Part shown: piece after piece, positions 12,545 to 26,788 of the stretch
Layout of the letters: every line of letters starts with the position of its first letter
Numbering within the stretch: the first letter of the stretch is position 1
Assembly (NCBI RefSeq): GCF_006345805.1
Contig: NC_043015.1
Coordinates: forward strand, 17,794,001 to 17,858,000
Direction: 5' to 3'
From: Octopus sinensis
Lineage: Eukaryota
Length of the DNA: 64,000 bases
Made by a program: the position numbers and the translations under genes
Notes under the pieces: generated by a model
What the model saw: only the letters and a program-made list of their open reading frames with translations
Told to the model about the DNA's origin: nothing
Databases searched by the model: none

Positions 12545-14177
12545 TATTTGTGAAACATTTTATTTTTTACCCAAGTGAAAATCCTGCTTGCTTCAAAATA
12601 TTTTTGGTGGTTATGGGCTTGAATGCTCCTCTTATCATTATCTTTGTTATTATTAATATTTTATTTACCAAACTATTCTTTGATTACACTGATAGCTATC
12701 CAGCACAAACAGAATTAATTAGTAGGCTTTAATTTGAATCTCTGAAGTGATTACCTTGGAATTGATTAAGTACTTGATGTAGAGATAAATTGAGTCTTTT
12801 CAGTTTCTAACACAAGCATTATCCAATAGTTACCCTGCTCAGAGATTAAAGTGAACTAAGGGGGAGATATTAGTCATTAAATAGTTGGAAAAACTAAGCA
12901 TGATTTTATCTCAAGACATTCTAATCTTAAAATGTTTAACCAATTCATGAAACAGTATATTGCAGGATATGTCACTCAACAGTTGTAACTGTAGACAGCT
13001 ATTTCACTTTACCAAAAAACTAATTTACTGGTTAGTTTTTTTCTAGATCTTTTTATAATTCTTGGTTTCTCAGTTAGCCATGACTTCAAGTGATACAAAT
13101 CTACTAAAGAAAGCTACCAGTGTACCTTTTTTTTTAATATTCTTTTCAATTTTTTACTAAATTTTACTTTCTGAATCAAGAATAGGTTGGAAAATTTCTG
13201 AAAATGATTTTGGAGTGATTTGTGTTGTAAGGTTACTTTTGAAGATTCAGTCCTTGAGAGAAAATTTAGTTGTAAATGTTGGTTCAGCATATCAATATTT
13301 CAGGTCTCATTGAATACATGACAAACTTCCTGTTCCTATGAAGATCTCATATATTTATGACAAATAATCAACATGTGTAGTCTCATTGTCAATATAACTA
13401 TTGACAATGTCACCATATTCTCATATATTTACTTTTGAGCCATGTATTCAATGAAACTCTATAAAAGATGTACTTCTATCTAAAAACTGAGTATATATTA
13501 GAGTGATAGTGAGGTGAAGTTTCCTCTTACATCTCAGACAATTTTACTACTCACTCTATAATGTTTCACCTGCATGTTAGAACAATCACATTGTTAACTA
13601 ATGTTCATTTTTACAAACTTACGAAAAGTAACTTCTCTTGACTTTCTTGCGCAATTCATTCACACAGTAAGGCCAGTTAAGTTGCTGCCTGATGGAGATG
13701 TATGATAACTGTGATGTATCAAGAATTGAAAATGAACTAAACTGGTTGAACTCAGCCCAACTAGTTATAGGGCTTCAAGTTTGCTTGCTTTTGAAAGTAT
13801 CAATGAAATGCCATAACTAGGTGAGAGAACTGGTGTAGTAAGTTGTATGTATATAACACTGATATAGTTGAATGTCAAGTCAAAATGTTTGTAGTTAACA
13901 TGTTCGGCCAACTTGATGTATGACAATTGCTAAAACTTTGTAGCTAATAAAAGCAGATTGAAGTTATGGAAACACGAAATGTTCATTAAAACCGAATAGT
14001 CTGTTTTATTGCTAAAAGTCAATAAAACTCATCATATTTCTATTGAGAAGGTTTTCTCATTTTCACTGTAACTACTATCAAATATTATTAATTTATTATT
14101 GACCAAATGCTGATACTGTTGCAGAAAGTAAGGAATATCTATACTTTATATAATGTAAGGAACATCTATACTTTATA

Positions 14178-15778
14178 TAATGGCGAAAATAAATTTAAGA
14201 CCAATGATAAAAGTTCTATTTCTTACAAAATATTTTGTTACTAACACCATACAAATTATTTCTATCATTTACACCTTATGCAGAATTTCTTTCTCTTTCA
14301 CAATGCAGACAATAACTATTTTTATACAACTTGAAGAATTCTAATGCTAAATTAATATAAATGTTTCAAATTTACCGGCAAAATTAGTTTAAGAGCATGT
14401 AATATGTATGCAATTTTTTTTGCCAAATTAGGTGGTCACACAACTAGCCTAATTTAACGTTAATATACAATTGATTAATAATGGGAAAGCAAGGTAGCCT
14501 CAGTTCAGTCACGAGTGCAAAAATTATATTACTCCACCAGCAAAACATCTGCAAGCAACTAAAGTGCAGTAAAATGGCTTGTGTGCAAGCGGGGAAGTTA
14601 TACTCAGAGACTGGTCTGGTCAATATAAAGATCGGCAAAGGACTGGAGCCCCAGGAAAAACAACGGCACAGTTGGACCGTCGAATCCACCGACTTTCAGA
14701 AGGCAACTGAATGCTGACAGCCATTGACATTTGTAAACAATTGTCCAACGGGAATGGTGTTATTTTTACACCACAAACTGTCCACAACCGTTTGAGAGAA
14801 TTTGGACTACATGGACAACTTGCTAGGAAAAAGCCAATAATATCCGAAAGAAATCGACTCAAACGCCTTAATTTCACAAAAAGCCATGCTCAATGGACTG
14901 CTGAAGATTGGTGCAGGGTCCTTTGGAGTGACGAGACACTTCTGTATATTTGGATCAGATGGTAAAACATACATCAGATGTCGCTCAACTGAGGAATTCC
15001 ATCCGAAATGCGTGAAAAAAATGGCGCGAGCGGGGTGTCGGGGTGTGATGGTGTGGGCGGCATTTTGTAGCTTTGGTGTTGGCCCTCTAGTTAAAGTTGA
15101 TGGAAAGCTAAATAATGTAGGTTATATGAATCTACTAAAGGATAATGTTGTGCCATATTTGATCACCAAATGCCTCCTGGGGCTATTTATCAGCAGGACA
15201 ATAGTCCTGTGCACAAAGCCAAAAACATTATAGAATTTTTTGATCACCATAATATTGACGTAATTGAATGGTCTCCCCAGAGCCTGGATCTGAATCTGAT
15301 CGAGAACTTGTGGAATTATGTTTCCAAAAATGTTCATGCTAAAAAACCATCTAATCTAAACCTATTATTCGATTATAACAATGAAATATGGCAAAACATT
15401 CCCATAGAATTTTGTAATCACTTAGCGAATTCAATGCCGAGGCTTTGTTCAGCTGTTGTTAAGAATAAAGGCTACAGCACAAAGTACTAATATGTATTTC
15501 GTTCTTGTTGCTCATTTTTGCTACAATCTTAAGCTTTAAATAAAATTATAATGATACGGTCTTAAACTAATTTTACCAGTAAATTTGAAATGTTTATATT
15601 AATTTAGCATTAGAATTCTTCAAGTTGTATAAAAATAGTTATTGTCTGCATCATTCGAAAGAGAAATAAATTCTGCATAAGGTGTAAAAGATAAAAATAA
15701 TTTGTATGGTGTTAGTAACAAAATATTTTGTAAGAAATAGAACTTTTATCATTGGTCTTAAATTTATTTTCGCCAGTG
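14178..15778 (+). mobile_element. Tc1-family transposon with long (about 220 bp) TIRs; frameshifted transposase
   Basis: 14181-14392 is inverted to about 15558-15775; TA flanks; motifs VLWSDET, YQQDNSPVH, WSPQSLDLNLIENLW across ORFs 14481-15490. Confidence 0.93.
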
Positions 15779-15926
15779 TAGCTGTGATATAGAGCTAGCA
15801 TTTTTTTTACTTTAAATAAAACTTTTTAACATTTCTGATGATATAAGTCTTGATATATTTTGAATATTGTCTTTTGCATTTGTGTGAAATTGACTGTTAT
15901 AATTTTTGCCATTTATTTTGTTATAG

Positions 15927-16219
15927 TGAAATCACGTGTACTGTTGTCTGTTAGAGATGAGCTTGAAGACAATGGTTTGTTTGGTCCCAATGTTCCAATG
16001 AAGAATACAGCAGACCACAATGCTGACTTTCCTCTAAAGGCCAATAAAAGCCATATGGGAACAAAGCCAATAATGTGGCAACTGTTATCTTTCAAGGTGC
16101 CATATATTGTCAACTTTCCCCTGACCAATAGCTCCAGATTGGAATTACCATTTTCAATTGCCCTACAAGATAATTTCCACAACAAACAAGCTGCAACTGG
16201 ATATCACAACTTCTGCTGA
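15927..16219 (+). CDS. CREB3L1: CREB3L1/2-like last coding exon with site-1 protease motif RVLL
   Basis: ttatag|TG completes ATG; MKSRVLLSV has RxxL at the expected luminal position; open to TGA at 16217-16219. The C-terminal end is less certain. Confidence 0.8.
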
Positions 16220-19200
16220 AAATTTACTAATTTTGGCATCTGGTAACACTACTGCTAAAATTGAAAAGCCCTTAATATGGACAGTTAACAAAGATTTATA
16301 ATTATTTTTCTTTTCTTCTTTGGGTTTTCCTCTAAGACTTTATTACATAAACTGGAGGTTGTCATTCAAGATACTAGATTTCTTTATCTTTCTTTTCAAT
16401 ATTGTATTCTTCCGCCCTCCTCCTTTTCCTCTTCTCTCATATTCATGTGATAACTGGTTATACAGAATACCCTGTGGCATAAATATAATGTCAACATCGC
16501 AATACATAGTTTACAGCATTTCTTGTTGAAAGATTCTTTGCAAATCTTTTGGCAGAACTAACATGTGAAAGAAGTAAGGTGTGTATTTTTCATCATTGCT
16601 TCTTTACACCTTCATTTATGTTTGAGGAATGCATATGTATGGGGTGAAAAATATGTTTACTGCTGTTGTAGTTACTAATTAAAATATTGTAGAAATGAAT
16701 TGGTCGATTTAGCTATTAAAATCTTGTTTTGTTGGGTCATCTAAACTCTATGTATAATACAAGGTAGGGAATATTTATTAAGTCTGTTTTCATTCTGACT
16801 GTTGTCTATAGCTTGCTTGCCATAAACAGTCTGGTTGAATTTCCCAATAACTGAACAGATCTTTTTCTCTAGCTGCTATTTAATGTGTCTCTCCAATTTT
16901 ACAATTTTTCTTGCCTTCCACAGTTGTGCCAGTGGGGTTAGGGAGAGTGGAAATAGAGCTTTCACCTTTGAAGCTGATTTAATGTTGCAGTAATCTGCAT
17001 TATTTAATTTTTGTTTTAAATCCAGGGACCACATAAGTGCAGTGCAAGCACCTCCCATTACATACATTTATCGTCTTAAAAATTAGATCTCTCTTCCTCT
17101 ACAGGCAAAACATAACATTGCTTAATAATTTCAATTAAAAAAGTAAAAATTCTACATAAAAGTTAAATAGTAACCAAAGATCCATCTCATTCCTCTTGTT
17201 GATTACATAGAACTTGCCAATTTTCTTTTTCATGTCTACTATCTTGGGGACTTTAATTCCCTAGGGCCTACTTATATTCTCTAGTATAGTAATACTTGAG
17301 GCCTTTTATACTCTGGATGATTTTACAAGTAAAATCTGTTATATTTCAAATATTATTATTGAATATTTTTTTAGTATTTCCAGGCTATCAAAATTATATA
17401 AAATTCAATGAATTTGATATGTATATTTGTGCAATAGAAGCTAATAGATACTAAAAGTAGAAACTTACTTTTTCTTGTAAATTATTTTCACAAAATGTTT
17501 TGGAACAAAAACACAAACAGTGGAATTTTTTATGTATGTAAAGTAAATATTTTTAATGACTATAAATAATTGACAAAAAAAGATTAACTAAAAGTAAAAT
17601 TATTTTTAAAAGGCTGCCAAACTAGCAGCATCACTCTTGTTATGTGAGAGAATTCTACAGAAGAATCTTACTGGTTCAAAATGTTATGTTCATGATATCG
17701 TGTTGGTAATAAAAACACACATTTGTTGTCTGTGTGTTTTCCTATAATATTGTTAAAATATCAAATGAATATTAAAGATATATAGATATATGTATATTTT
17801 TACAAACATATGCAGGCACGCTCTCTTAAATCTGAAAATTGTACCTTCATAATAATCACTGTTATAAAATTAAAACAAATCTCTCTACTGTGGCCCATCA
17901 TTCTATCATGTAATCAACCCACACTTGTTCTCCATCCATATCACAGAAAATGATATCATTAAACTATATTTATGAATGTCTTTTTATCTTGTATCATCAA
18001 ATATGTCCATTTATTTTCTTCATAAAATATTTTATTATTCATGGTTGAAAGGTTGATATTTTGATATTTTATGGCATGCTGTTATATGCATAAGATGGCT
18101 CCCAAATCAGCCCATACATTCAATACATAATGATATATGTATATAAATCAATTTACTTTGTTGATATTCATTCCGAAACTATAAATAAAACAATGTATGG
18201 GCAAAGTCATGGATTTTTTCTCTGTCTTTCTCTCCAGGTTTTGGTTAAATATTTTTCTGGTTTCCAGTTGAAAAGGAGTCATAAAATATCTAGTTAATGA
18301 TTGACAATATTACTCTCTTCATTACAAAAATAATATGCAAAACAAATTGGTTGAATAATATCTTTAATAAATGTCTGCGTCCTTTAAAGTATGGTAACTA
18401 AAACTATCTATATTCCATATCATTCTTTACCAAGGTTTATTGGATCAAAGATTTTTTACAGTCTGTATCACCTTGTTAAATATTGAAGTCTATCAAGAAA
18501 ATTAGTAAACAGTGGAATGAAAAGTGTTGGGGAAAAATAAATTATTGAAATGTAATTTATATTATAACAAATCCTAATTTCACAAAATTATGAACTAAAG
18601 ATTGTTAAAATTTGAAATATGCAAATCAAGACTGTTTTTATTGAATGTTATATTAGATGTGTAATAGGTGTCTGCATCTAATAACGGCTAATTGCCAATA
18701 TTCAATTTAAGCACTTTATTTCAAATTCTTTTGAAATTCTCATTAATACTTTTTCATTCTGGCTGTCAAATTGTGTTTTGAAATCTAAAAGATTTCTACT
18801 GTCCAAATTTTGCCATCAAGTTTTAAAATGTCTGTCCATTTATCTTAACTCTATTATTAGTTGCTTATGATGTCTGACCAACAGCTAAGCTGTTGTCTCT
18901 CATAGGTTGTGTCAAACAATTTAGACATTAGCAGCTGTGTTTCCTCAGTCTTACTATTTTACAGAAACCAAATCAGAAAATAACAAAGTTTTAAAACCAT
19001 AAAATACCAAGTGCCTATGCTTCATGGTTCTAAATATATTTTTATTTTATACACTTCTATTTTGCCATTTACCCTTCATGTACAAACTTACTTTCAAATT
19101 TTTTTTTCATTGTGATTTGCAGACAACCAACCAACCGTCAAAGGGTATATATACTCACACTTACTTGTGCAAGCGTGCGCACGCGCATGCACACACAAAA

Positions 19201-20733
19201 CACACACACACACAGTTGCATGAATTTTAAAGAATACTTCAGGAAATATTTTTGTATGTTATTTGGTAAAAGAAATTTACCAAATCCTCCTCTGTCTTGT
19301 TAAAGGATTGAAGAAAGCTCCAACTATGTCCATGTTTGCCTCTATTTTAAAGGTAGCCTTCCAAGATAAAATAACTGTAGTACTTTGTTTCTCCTATACA
19401 TGCTGCACTACACTTTTTAAAGCAGTTTCACAAATGATTTTTTCTCCCAATTTTATGTTGTTTGTCCCTATTTTAATGAAGTATACTTGCATATATCTCT
19501 GTAACATCTTCAATGAAAAAATATATATTTTCAGGTGTTTATTTACTGTATGTATGTATATATATATATATATACTTGCACACCATACGCACATGAGAAC
19601 ATTTCATATCAAAACAAAACACTGGTTAAAACCAGTTCACTACATCCTTGTTGCTTTTTTGTATTATTATTATTATTATTATTATCATTATTATTGCTGC
19701 TGCTGCTGTTGTTGTTGCTGTCACGCGTTATTATCATTATTACAAAAATAATGGTTATCGTTCTCTATCAACCAACTTCATCATTCTATCATCTTAGATA
19801 TTCTGCCAACCTTTATAACAAGTGCTTCCTTTCAACTGGTGGGATACAGGAGATATGTAATTAACTCAGGCTGTTAGCCATCTTTTAAATTTGCTTTACA
19901 TTGGTTCATGAAATTTTGGGGAAGAATGCATGTCATTTAAAAAGAAAATGGGGGTTAAAATAAATATATTTTTCTGGTATTCAATATCTACCTCTTGTTT
20001 TTATTTATTTCACAATCAGTTCTTTAATTTGTTATTTTTTAACCTACAAAACTTACAGGAAGGCCTGTTAACTAAACTTTAAAATATTTTCTCTCCTTAA
20101 CTTTTTATTTTCTTTCATGTAAAAAAATATTCAACTGTAAGATCACATTTTTACCAAACCAAGCAAAAATATTTTTGTTTCCATTTTGAAACTAAATTTA
20201 CATTTGTAATAAGGAGTTACAATTAAGATATTCAACTTTATCTGCTTCCATTGTGAACAAGACCTGTATGACGGTATGCTTTCATACATACTGAATAACA
20301 ACAAAATATTTAGCAAGCCATCCTCTGGTACTTATTTCATATAACTATTAACTGAGCATTAGTTTAAGAACTAGAACAGTGACTTGTTCTAAATACTGCC
20401 AAATCACTTGTATATTTGATTGATTATCTAAATGAATTGCAAAAATAATGTTATGATGTTCAACCTATTTTAATTTCCCCATTAAAAAATATTTAGTGTT
20501 TTTCAAAACATTGTTAGTTGACAATCCACACACACACACACACATCTCATCATACAACTAAGACCAACAATATGTAAGAAATGATTAATGAACTCCCCTT
20601 ACAAGACTTATCTTACTGCTGTCATATAACTTACAAAAGTCAATAACCAAGGTAATTAGATAATAAAAGGTTTTAATTGCTACAACTTCTATCCATGATT
20701 CTATTGATTACATCTCTCTCTCTCTCTCTCTCG

Positions 20734-20774
<41 letters not shown>

Positions 20775-20775
<1 letters not shown>

Positions 20776-22256
20776 TAGCAGTATCGCCCGGCGTTGCTCG
20801 GGTTTGTAAGGGAAATAACTATATAAGCATTTTTAGAGAGTTATAGCCAAAAAATAGGAAAAAAATGCATTAAAAATGGAAAAAAAATTAAGGTAAATTT
20901 CTTTTTAAATCATTGACACATCGTAGATAGTTTTAGAGAGTTACTTCCCTTATATAATAGCGAAAAAATGCATTAAAATGGAAAAATATGATGGTAAATT
21001 TTTTTAAATCGTAGACTCATCGTAGACGCGCGCTAATACCCAGAAGGGCTCGATATGACTCACGACTATAAGATACCCGGTTTTGGTTAAACTGCACCGC
21101 AAAATGTGGGAGTAGTTAGGAATCTAAATCGTAGGAGACAGACACACAACTTCACTCTTATATATAAAGATATAAGTCACGTAGTTATATACACATACTT
21201 TGTTATATACACATTCTTAAAAGAAAATGTTATTTTGAATACAACATTTATAAAGAATAAAATATTTTTTGGTTTTTCTTAACCCTTTCGTTACTATATT
21301 TCTGACCAAAATACACCCCTTATGTGTTTCAATTAATTTCTAACGTAATCATAAATTTAGTCTGGTTTCATTAAACAACAATAACTTTTTTATTTATCAA
21401 TATATTAACGTGAATTTTGGAAGATAATTTAATGAAATGTCCTCAACCAATTCTATACTATAATTTTTGTCAGAAAGTGACTCTAATTGCAGGTAGATAC
21501 AGGTAAATTCAACAATATATAAAATTATTAAAATTTTGTTCAAACATCGCTATAGAAAATGGGTTATTAGCTAATATTCAATTGGGTATACAACAAAATT
21601 TTACGATAGAATTTGTTATTCTGGGTAACTTTCTGATACCCATAATAATATTTATGGCAAAATAGGCCTTAATTTCATTTAAGGTTGTGGGAAATAACAA
21701 ACTATCCTTTCTTTCGTTTTGTTTACGTTTAGCGTAACGTTTCGTTTCTGCCGTAATGATTTCAAATGAGCTCATTCGAAAAAGTAAATAGAAATAGTCT
21801 AAGGCTTTACTCTTCTGGGAAAGTCTGTGGCTTGGTGCAGTTTCTTCAGAAAAATCACCGAAAGAAACAGTTTTTAAATTTTCACTCCATTCAGGTACCA
21901 ATTCGTTTTCTTTATTGCTGTCGGATTCACTGTTTTCACTTTAATAGCTGCAAACTTGCAAAGACAAAGGAGGAGAAGGGTGATAGCGTCAGTGAAACAA
22001 TTCGCTCCGTTTGTGTGTATGTGCGTTTGCGTGTGGTGTAAACCACATTAAGAAAAACATTTGACATACACACCAGATTGTGAGTTTTATGTAAATTTTG
22101 CTTAATTGGAGTTTAAATTTTAAAAACTGGACCTGGCATGACCCGATGCATTCTACTCTTAAAAATGCTAGGTAAATTGTAATTGAAGAAATCCTATATT
22201 GTAGATTTCTATAAGTTACAAAGGGAGGCAGATAAAATCTGCCTTTTATAATAAGA
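20775..22256 (-). mobile_element. Non-autonomous Helitron copy 1 with captured piggyBac fragment
   Basis: Minus strand starts TCTTATTATA and ends with hairpin CCCGAGCAACGCCGGG then CTAG; sits in (TA)n with no TSD. Confidence 0.88.
21578..21901 (-). pseudogene. piggyBac (PGBD4-like) transposase N-terminal fragment; duplicate at 23046-23369
   Basis: LDYFYLLF..IITAETKRYA..TTLNEIKAYFAINIIMGIRKLP matches the piggyBac transposase N-terminal pattern; piggyBac-type end TTAA-CCCTTT at 21279-21288. Confidence 0.8.
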
Positions 22257-23724
22257 CTAGCAGTATCGCCCGGCGTTGCTCTGGTTTGTAAGGGAAATAA
22301 CTATATAAGCATTTTTAGAGAGTTATAGCCAAAAAATAGGAAAAAATGCATTAAAAATTGAAAAAAAATTAAGGTAAATTTCTTTTTAAATCGTTGACAC
22401 ATCGTAGATATTTTTAGAGAGTTACTTCCCTTATATAATAGCGAAAAAAATGCATTAAAATGGAAAAATATGATGGTAAATTTTTTTAAATCGTAGACTC
22501 ATCGTAGACGCGCGCTAATACCCAGAAAGGCTCGATATGACTCACGACTATAAGATACCCGGTTTTGGTTAGACTGCACCGCAAAATGTGGGAGTAGTTA
22601 GGAATCTAAATCGTAGGAGACAGACACACAACTTCACTCTTATATATAAAGATATAAGTCACATACTTTGTTATATACACATTCTTAAAAGAAAATGTTA
22701 TTTTGAATACAACATTTATAAAGAATAAAATATTTTTTGGTTTTTCTTAACCCTTTCGTTACTATATTTCTGACCAAAATACACCCCTTATGTGTTTCAA
22801 TTAATTTCTAACGTAATCATAAATTTAGTCTGGTTTCATTAAACAACAATAACTTTTTTATTTATCAATATCTTAATGTGATTTTTGGAAGATAATTTAA
22901 TGAAATGTCCTCAACCAATTCTATACTATAATTTTTGTCACAAAGTGACTCTAATTGCAGGTAGATACAGGTAAATTCAACAATATATAAAATTATTAAA
23001 ATTTTGTTCTAACATCGCTATAGAAAATGGGTTATTAGCTAATATTCAATTGGGTATACAACAAAATTTTACGATAGAATTTGTTATTCTGGGTAACTTT
23101 CTGATACCCATAATAATATTTATGGCAAAATAGGCCTTAATTTCTTTTGAGGTTGTGGGAAATAACAAACTATCCTTTCTTTCGTTTTGTTTACGTTTAG
23201 CGTAACGTTTCGTTTCTGCCGTAATGATTTCAAATGGGCTCATTCGAAAAAGTAAATAGAAATAGTTTAAGGCTTTACTCTTCTGGGAAAGTCTGTGGCT
23301 TGGTGCAGTTTCTTCAGAAAAATCACCGAAAGAAACAGTTTTTAAATTTTCACTCCATTCAGGTACCAATTCATTTTCTTTATCGCTGTCGGATTCACTG
23401 TTTTCACTTTAATAGCTGCCAACTTGCAAAGACAAAGGAGGAGAAGGGTGATAGCGTCAGTGAAACAGTTCGCTCCGTTTGTGTGTGTGTGCGTTTGCGT
23501 GTGGTGTAAGACACACTAAGAAAAACATTTGACATATACACCACAATGTGAGTTTTCTCTAAATTTTGCTTAATTGGTGTTGAAATTTTAAAAAGTGGAC
23601 CTGGCACGACCCGATGCATTCTACTCTTAAAAATGCTAGGTAAATTGTAATTGAAGAAATCCTATATTGTAGATTTCTATAAGATACAAAGGGAGGCAGA
23701 TAAAATCTGCCTTTTATAATAAGA
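22257..23724 (-). mobile_element. Non-autonomous Helitron copy 2, head-to-tail with copy 1
   Basis: Near-identical to 20775-22256; junction CTAG|TC with no host base between. Confidence 0.88.
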
Positions 23725-25399
23725 TATATATATATATATATATATATATATCAATGTACATAGACACAGCTGAAGCAATAATTTCCACATGTCAACATTT
23801 ATAAGTCTTGTATTTTTAGTGCTTTCATTCATTGGACTGTGGCTGTACTTGGACAACACTACATTTATTATTACCTCAATTTCTCACTCTCATACCAATC
23901 TGAATAGGTGATTAAGGAGGGGCTCCTTCTAGGATGCTCCATGTGATGTTGGAGAAGTTGTTTCCATGATTTCAGAGTCTCCAGATAAAATGGGACATGT
24001 AAATGGAGGTTTTTTTTTGTATACTAGACCTCAGAGAATGCATGTGTTGTGTAAATCTTTCCTTGAAGTCATTGGCTGTTAAGCTCATGTAGTGCCTTAT
24101 GATGACATCAGATGGTGGCTCAGGAATGTCTTAGCAGGAAATTGGTAGGATTTGGGAAGTTGCAGGTAGTGGTATGGAATGAAAATATATGTTTGTGTCT
24201 ATATGTATGTTTGTCATCATCATCATTGTTTAACATCCTGCTTTCATACTGGCATGAGTTGGATGGCTTGACAGGGTCTGACAAGTGCATCATGCACTAA
24301 TGCCAATCACTTCATGGAATGTACTGGGTACATTTTTTGGTGACAGCAACTAATTTATTTACAAACATTTTTTTGTGAACCCTAAAGCACAGCAAAAATC
24401 AACTTCCTATACAAAGAATGTTGTGAATTCGACATATCAGTTTATACCTTCACTTCCATGACTGATAGAACCTTAAACAATTATAAAATCCTCACAACAA
24501 ACTAAAATAAATTTTCTCACCACAACTTTCTATGCTACGAATGCATACTCTCCTCAATCCTCTATACCCATCTTCCTACAAAACTACTAACCTAGTCCAC
24601 TTTCATCACACCTAATTATCATTCACATAACTCCACCTACCTCTCCAAAAAAGCAACAATTTGGCAAAGACTATACAAAACCAAGAAGAGCCCTTGCAAA
24701 GCATTGTCTGATGAAAGTGAACAAGCAGAAACTTTTAAGTATTATTGACATTTTCCTTCTATTCTACTGAAAAGTATTGAATAATCCTTCAGTTTAATGT
24801 TAAATTGTTTTTATATATAACTCAACATAAAAACAAGCATATCATCATTTAGCATTTCTTTTTTCTATACTGGCATGGGTCAGACAGTTTGACATAAGTT
24901 GACAAACGAAAGCACTGTACTAGGCTCCAATATCTGCTTTGGCATGGTTTCAACAGCTGGATACCCTTCCTAATGCCAACTCTTCACAGAGTGCACTGCA
25001 TGCTTTTTTTTCTTTGTGGTGAGATCAAGTACCTGCAAGACAAAAGCTTTCAACTGAAGGATGTGAAAATATGACAGAGAGACAGAAGTAGGTGTGTTGC
25101 TAAAGAGGTGAATACACAGCATACCCATCTGGGAAAAGAGAGAGATGTGAGGTCAAGGTACAAGGAAAATATGAGAGAGTGAATAGGATAGAAGTAAAGG
25201 GTGAGTGGGTAAGTGCACTGGAAGGAAAATAGAAACTGATGGAGTTGATTTGGATGCAGTGAATATTAGTTTAGAAGAGAAGTGAAGGAAAGTAATAGGA
25301 GTGGATCAGGAAGAAGTGACAAAGGACAGTAATAGGGATACAATATGAAATGTAAGGAGACAGGTGGTATCATTTGCAGCACCTGAGTAGCATTAGGAT

Positions 25400-26750
25400 C
25401 TCATTTTGCTGAGCAATATAATGTCTCATCAAGTACAGCATACTGTCATTCATTTCATTCCTCTTTCAACTCTGACCCTATGATATTGAACCTCTCAGAC
25501 TTCAGTACCTAACTCCATGTCTTCTTAGATCTCCCTCTTCAACATGTTCCTTTCCCATGTACAGATTGGCACTTCTTAATACAGCTGTCATCATCCATCC
25601 ATGTCACATGACCATACCAGCACAGTTTTCTCTCCTGCACACCACATTTGTTCTCTCTTATACTTCAGTCATCTCTCAACACTGGTATTGTACATCCAGC
25701 AGAGCATGTTAGCTTCATTCCTTTCTAATCCCTGCCTGTCCTCTGCATTCACAGCCCAAGTTTCCCAACTGTTTGTACACAGGCATTATACAATCTGAAA
25801 GAAAGCCCTTTTGTTAACAACAAAGGTAATAGTTCTCTGAACTTTCCCCAGATAGTTCTTATTCTAGCAACTATACTTTCAGCACAGCTTCTTCCACTGC
25901 TATTTAGGTCTCCTGGGCAACAGAAACTATCTACTACCTGGTCATTTGAGATCTTTGTGCTCTTAGTCTTTATTGCATCTACACATCTGCCACAAACAAA
26001 GAATACTTTCCCAGTTAAACTTCCTGTGATCATACTACATCTCTTGTGTATCCATAGTTTGCATTGAGTACAGTATATGGAATTTCTACCAACACTTTTA
26101 CGTATCACACACAGGGTCATTTGCACAAAAGAATTTCCTGCTAACTAGAACTTTGGACTTTGCTAATTTAAATTTAAGGCCCTTTAATTCCAGGTTTTGC
26201 TTTGACACTCAGAATTTCCTTTTTAATTCTGCTACAGATTCAGCTTTAGGAACAAAGAGTTTCCATGGGCAGCAAGTCTTAAATTCCTCTGTTATGGCCT
26301 GGGCTATTATGATAAATAACAAGGGACTGATAACTGAACCCTGACAAACTACTGCCTGCATACAAAATTCATCACTGTACTCCCTTATTGACAGTATCCC
26401 TGAATACGACTTGAATGACTCTCATTCATCTATTCCTAACTTCCACAGCAACTGCCAACTGAGAGACCAAGGTGACCTGTCAAAGGCTTTCTCCAGATTA
26501 ACAAATACCAAGTACAGTGGTTTACTTTTTGCTAAATACTTTTGAAGAACTCAGAATCTCATCTAGCTTAAATTTCTTCCTAATTAATTGAGTCATGACT
26601 TTCATAACTTGGTCTAGTAATTTGATACTGCTGTAATTACTTGTCTCTAAGGCATCTCCTTTACCTGTGTAACAGTTGACTATGATACTACTAAACTACT
26701 TGTTGGGTATGATACCTTCCTGTATACCCTGATTGACTACATGGATGACT
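25400..26750 (-). mobile_element. Degenerate RTE-clade LINE (RT to 3' region)
   Basis: ORF 25749-26126 (VGRNSIYCTQCKLWIHKRCS..WGKFRELLPLL) is homologous to the RTE copies at 30 and 34 kb. Confidence 0.8.
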
Positions 26751-26788
26751 ATGTATACACACATACAATACAAATACATCCATAAAAG

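Noticed and set aside
24702-24747. CTGATGA..GAAAC..GTA hammerhead-like motif
   Set aside because: Stems I and II do not pair convincingly; at best a decayed relic.
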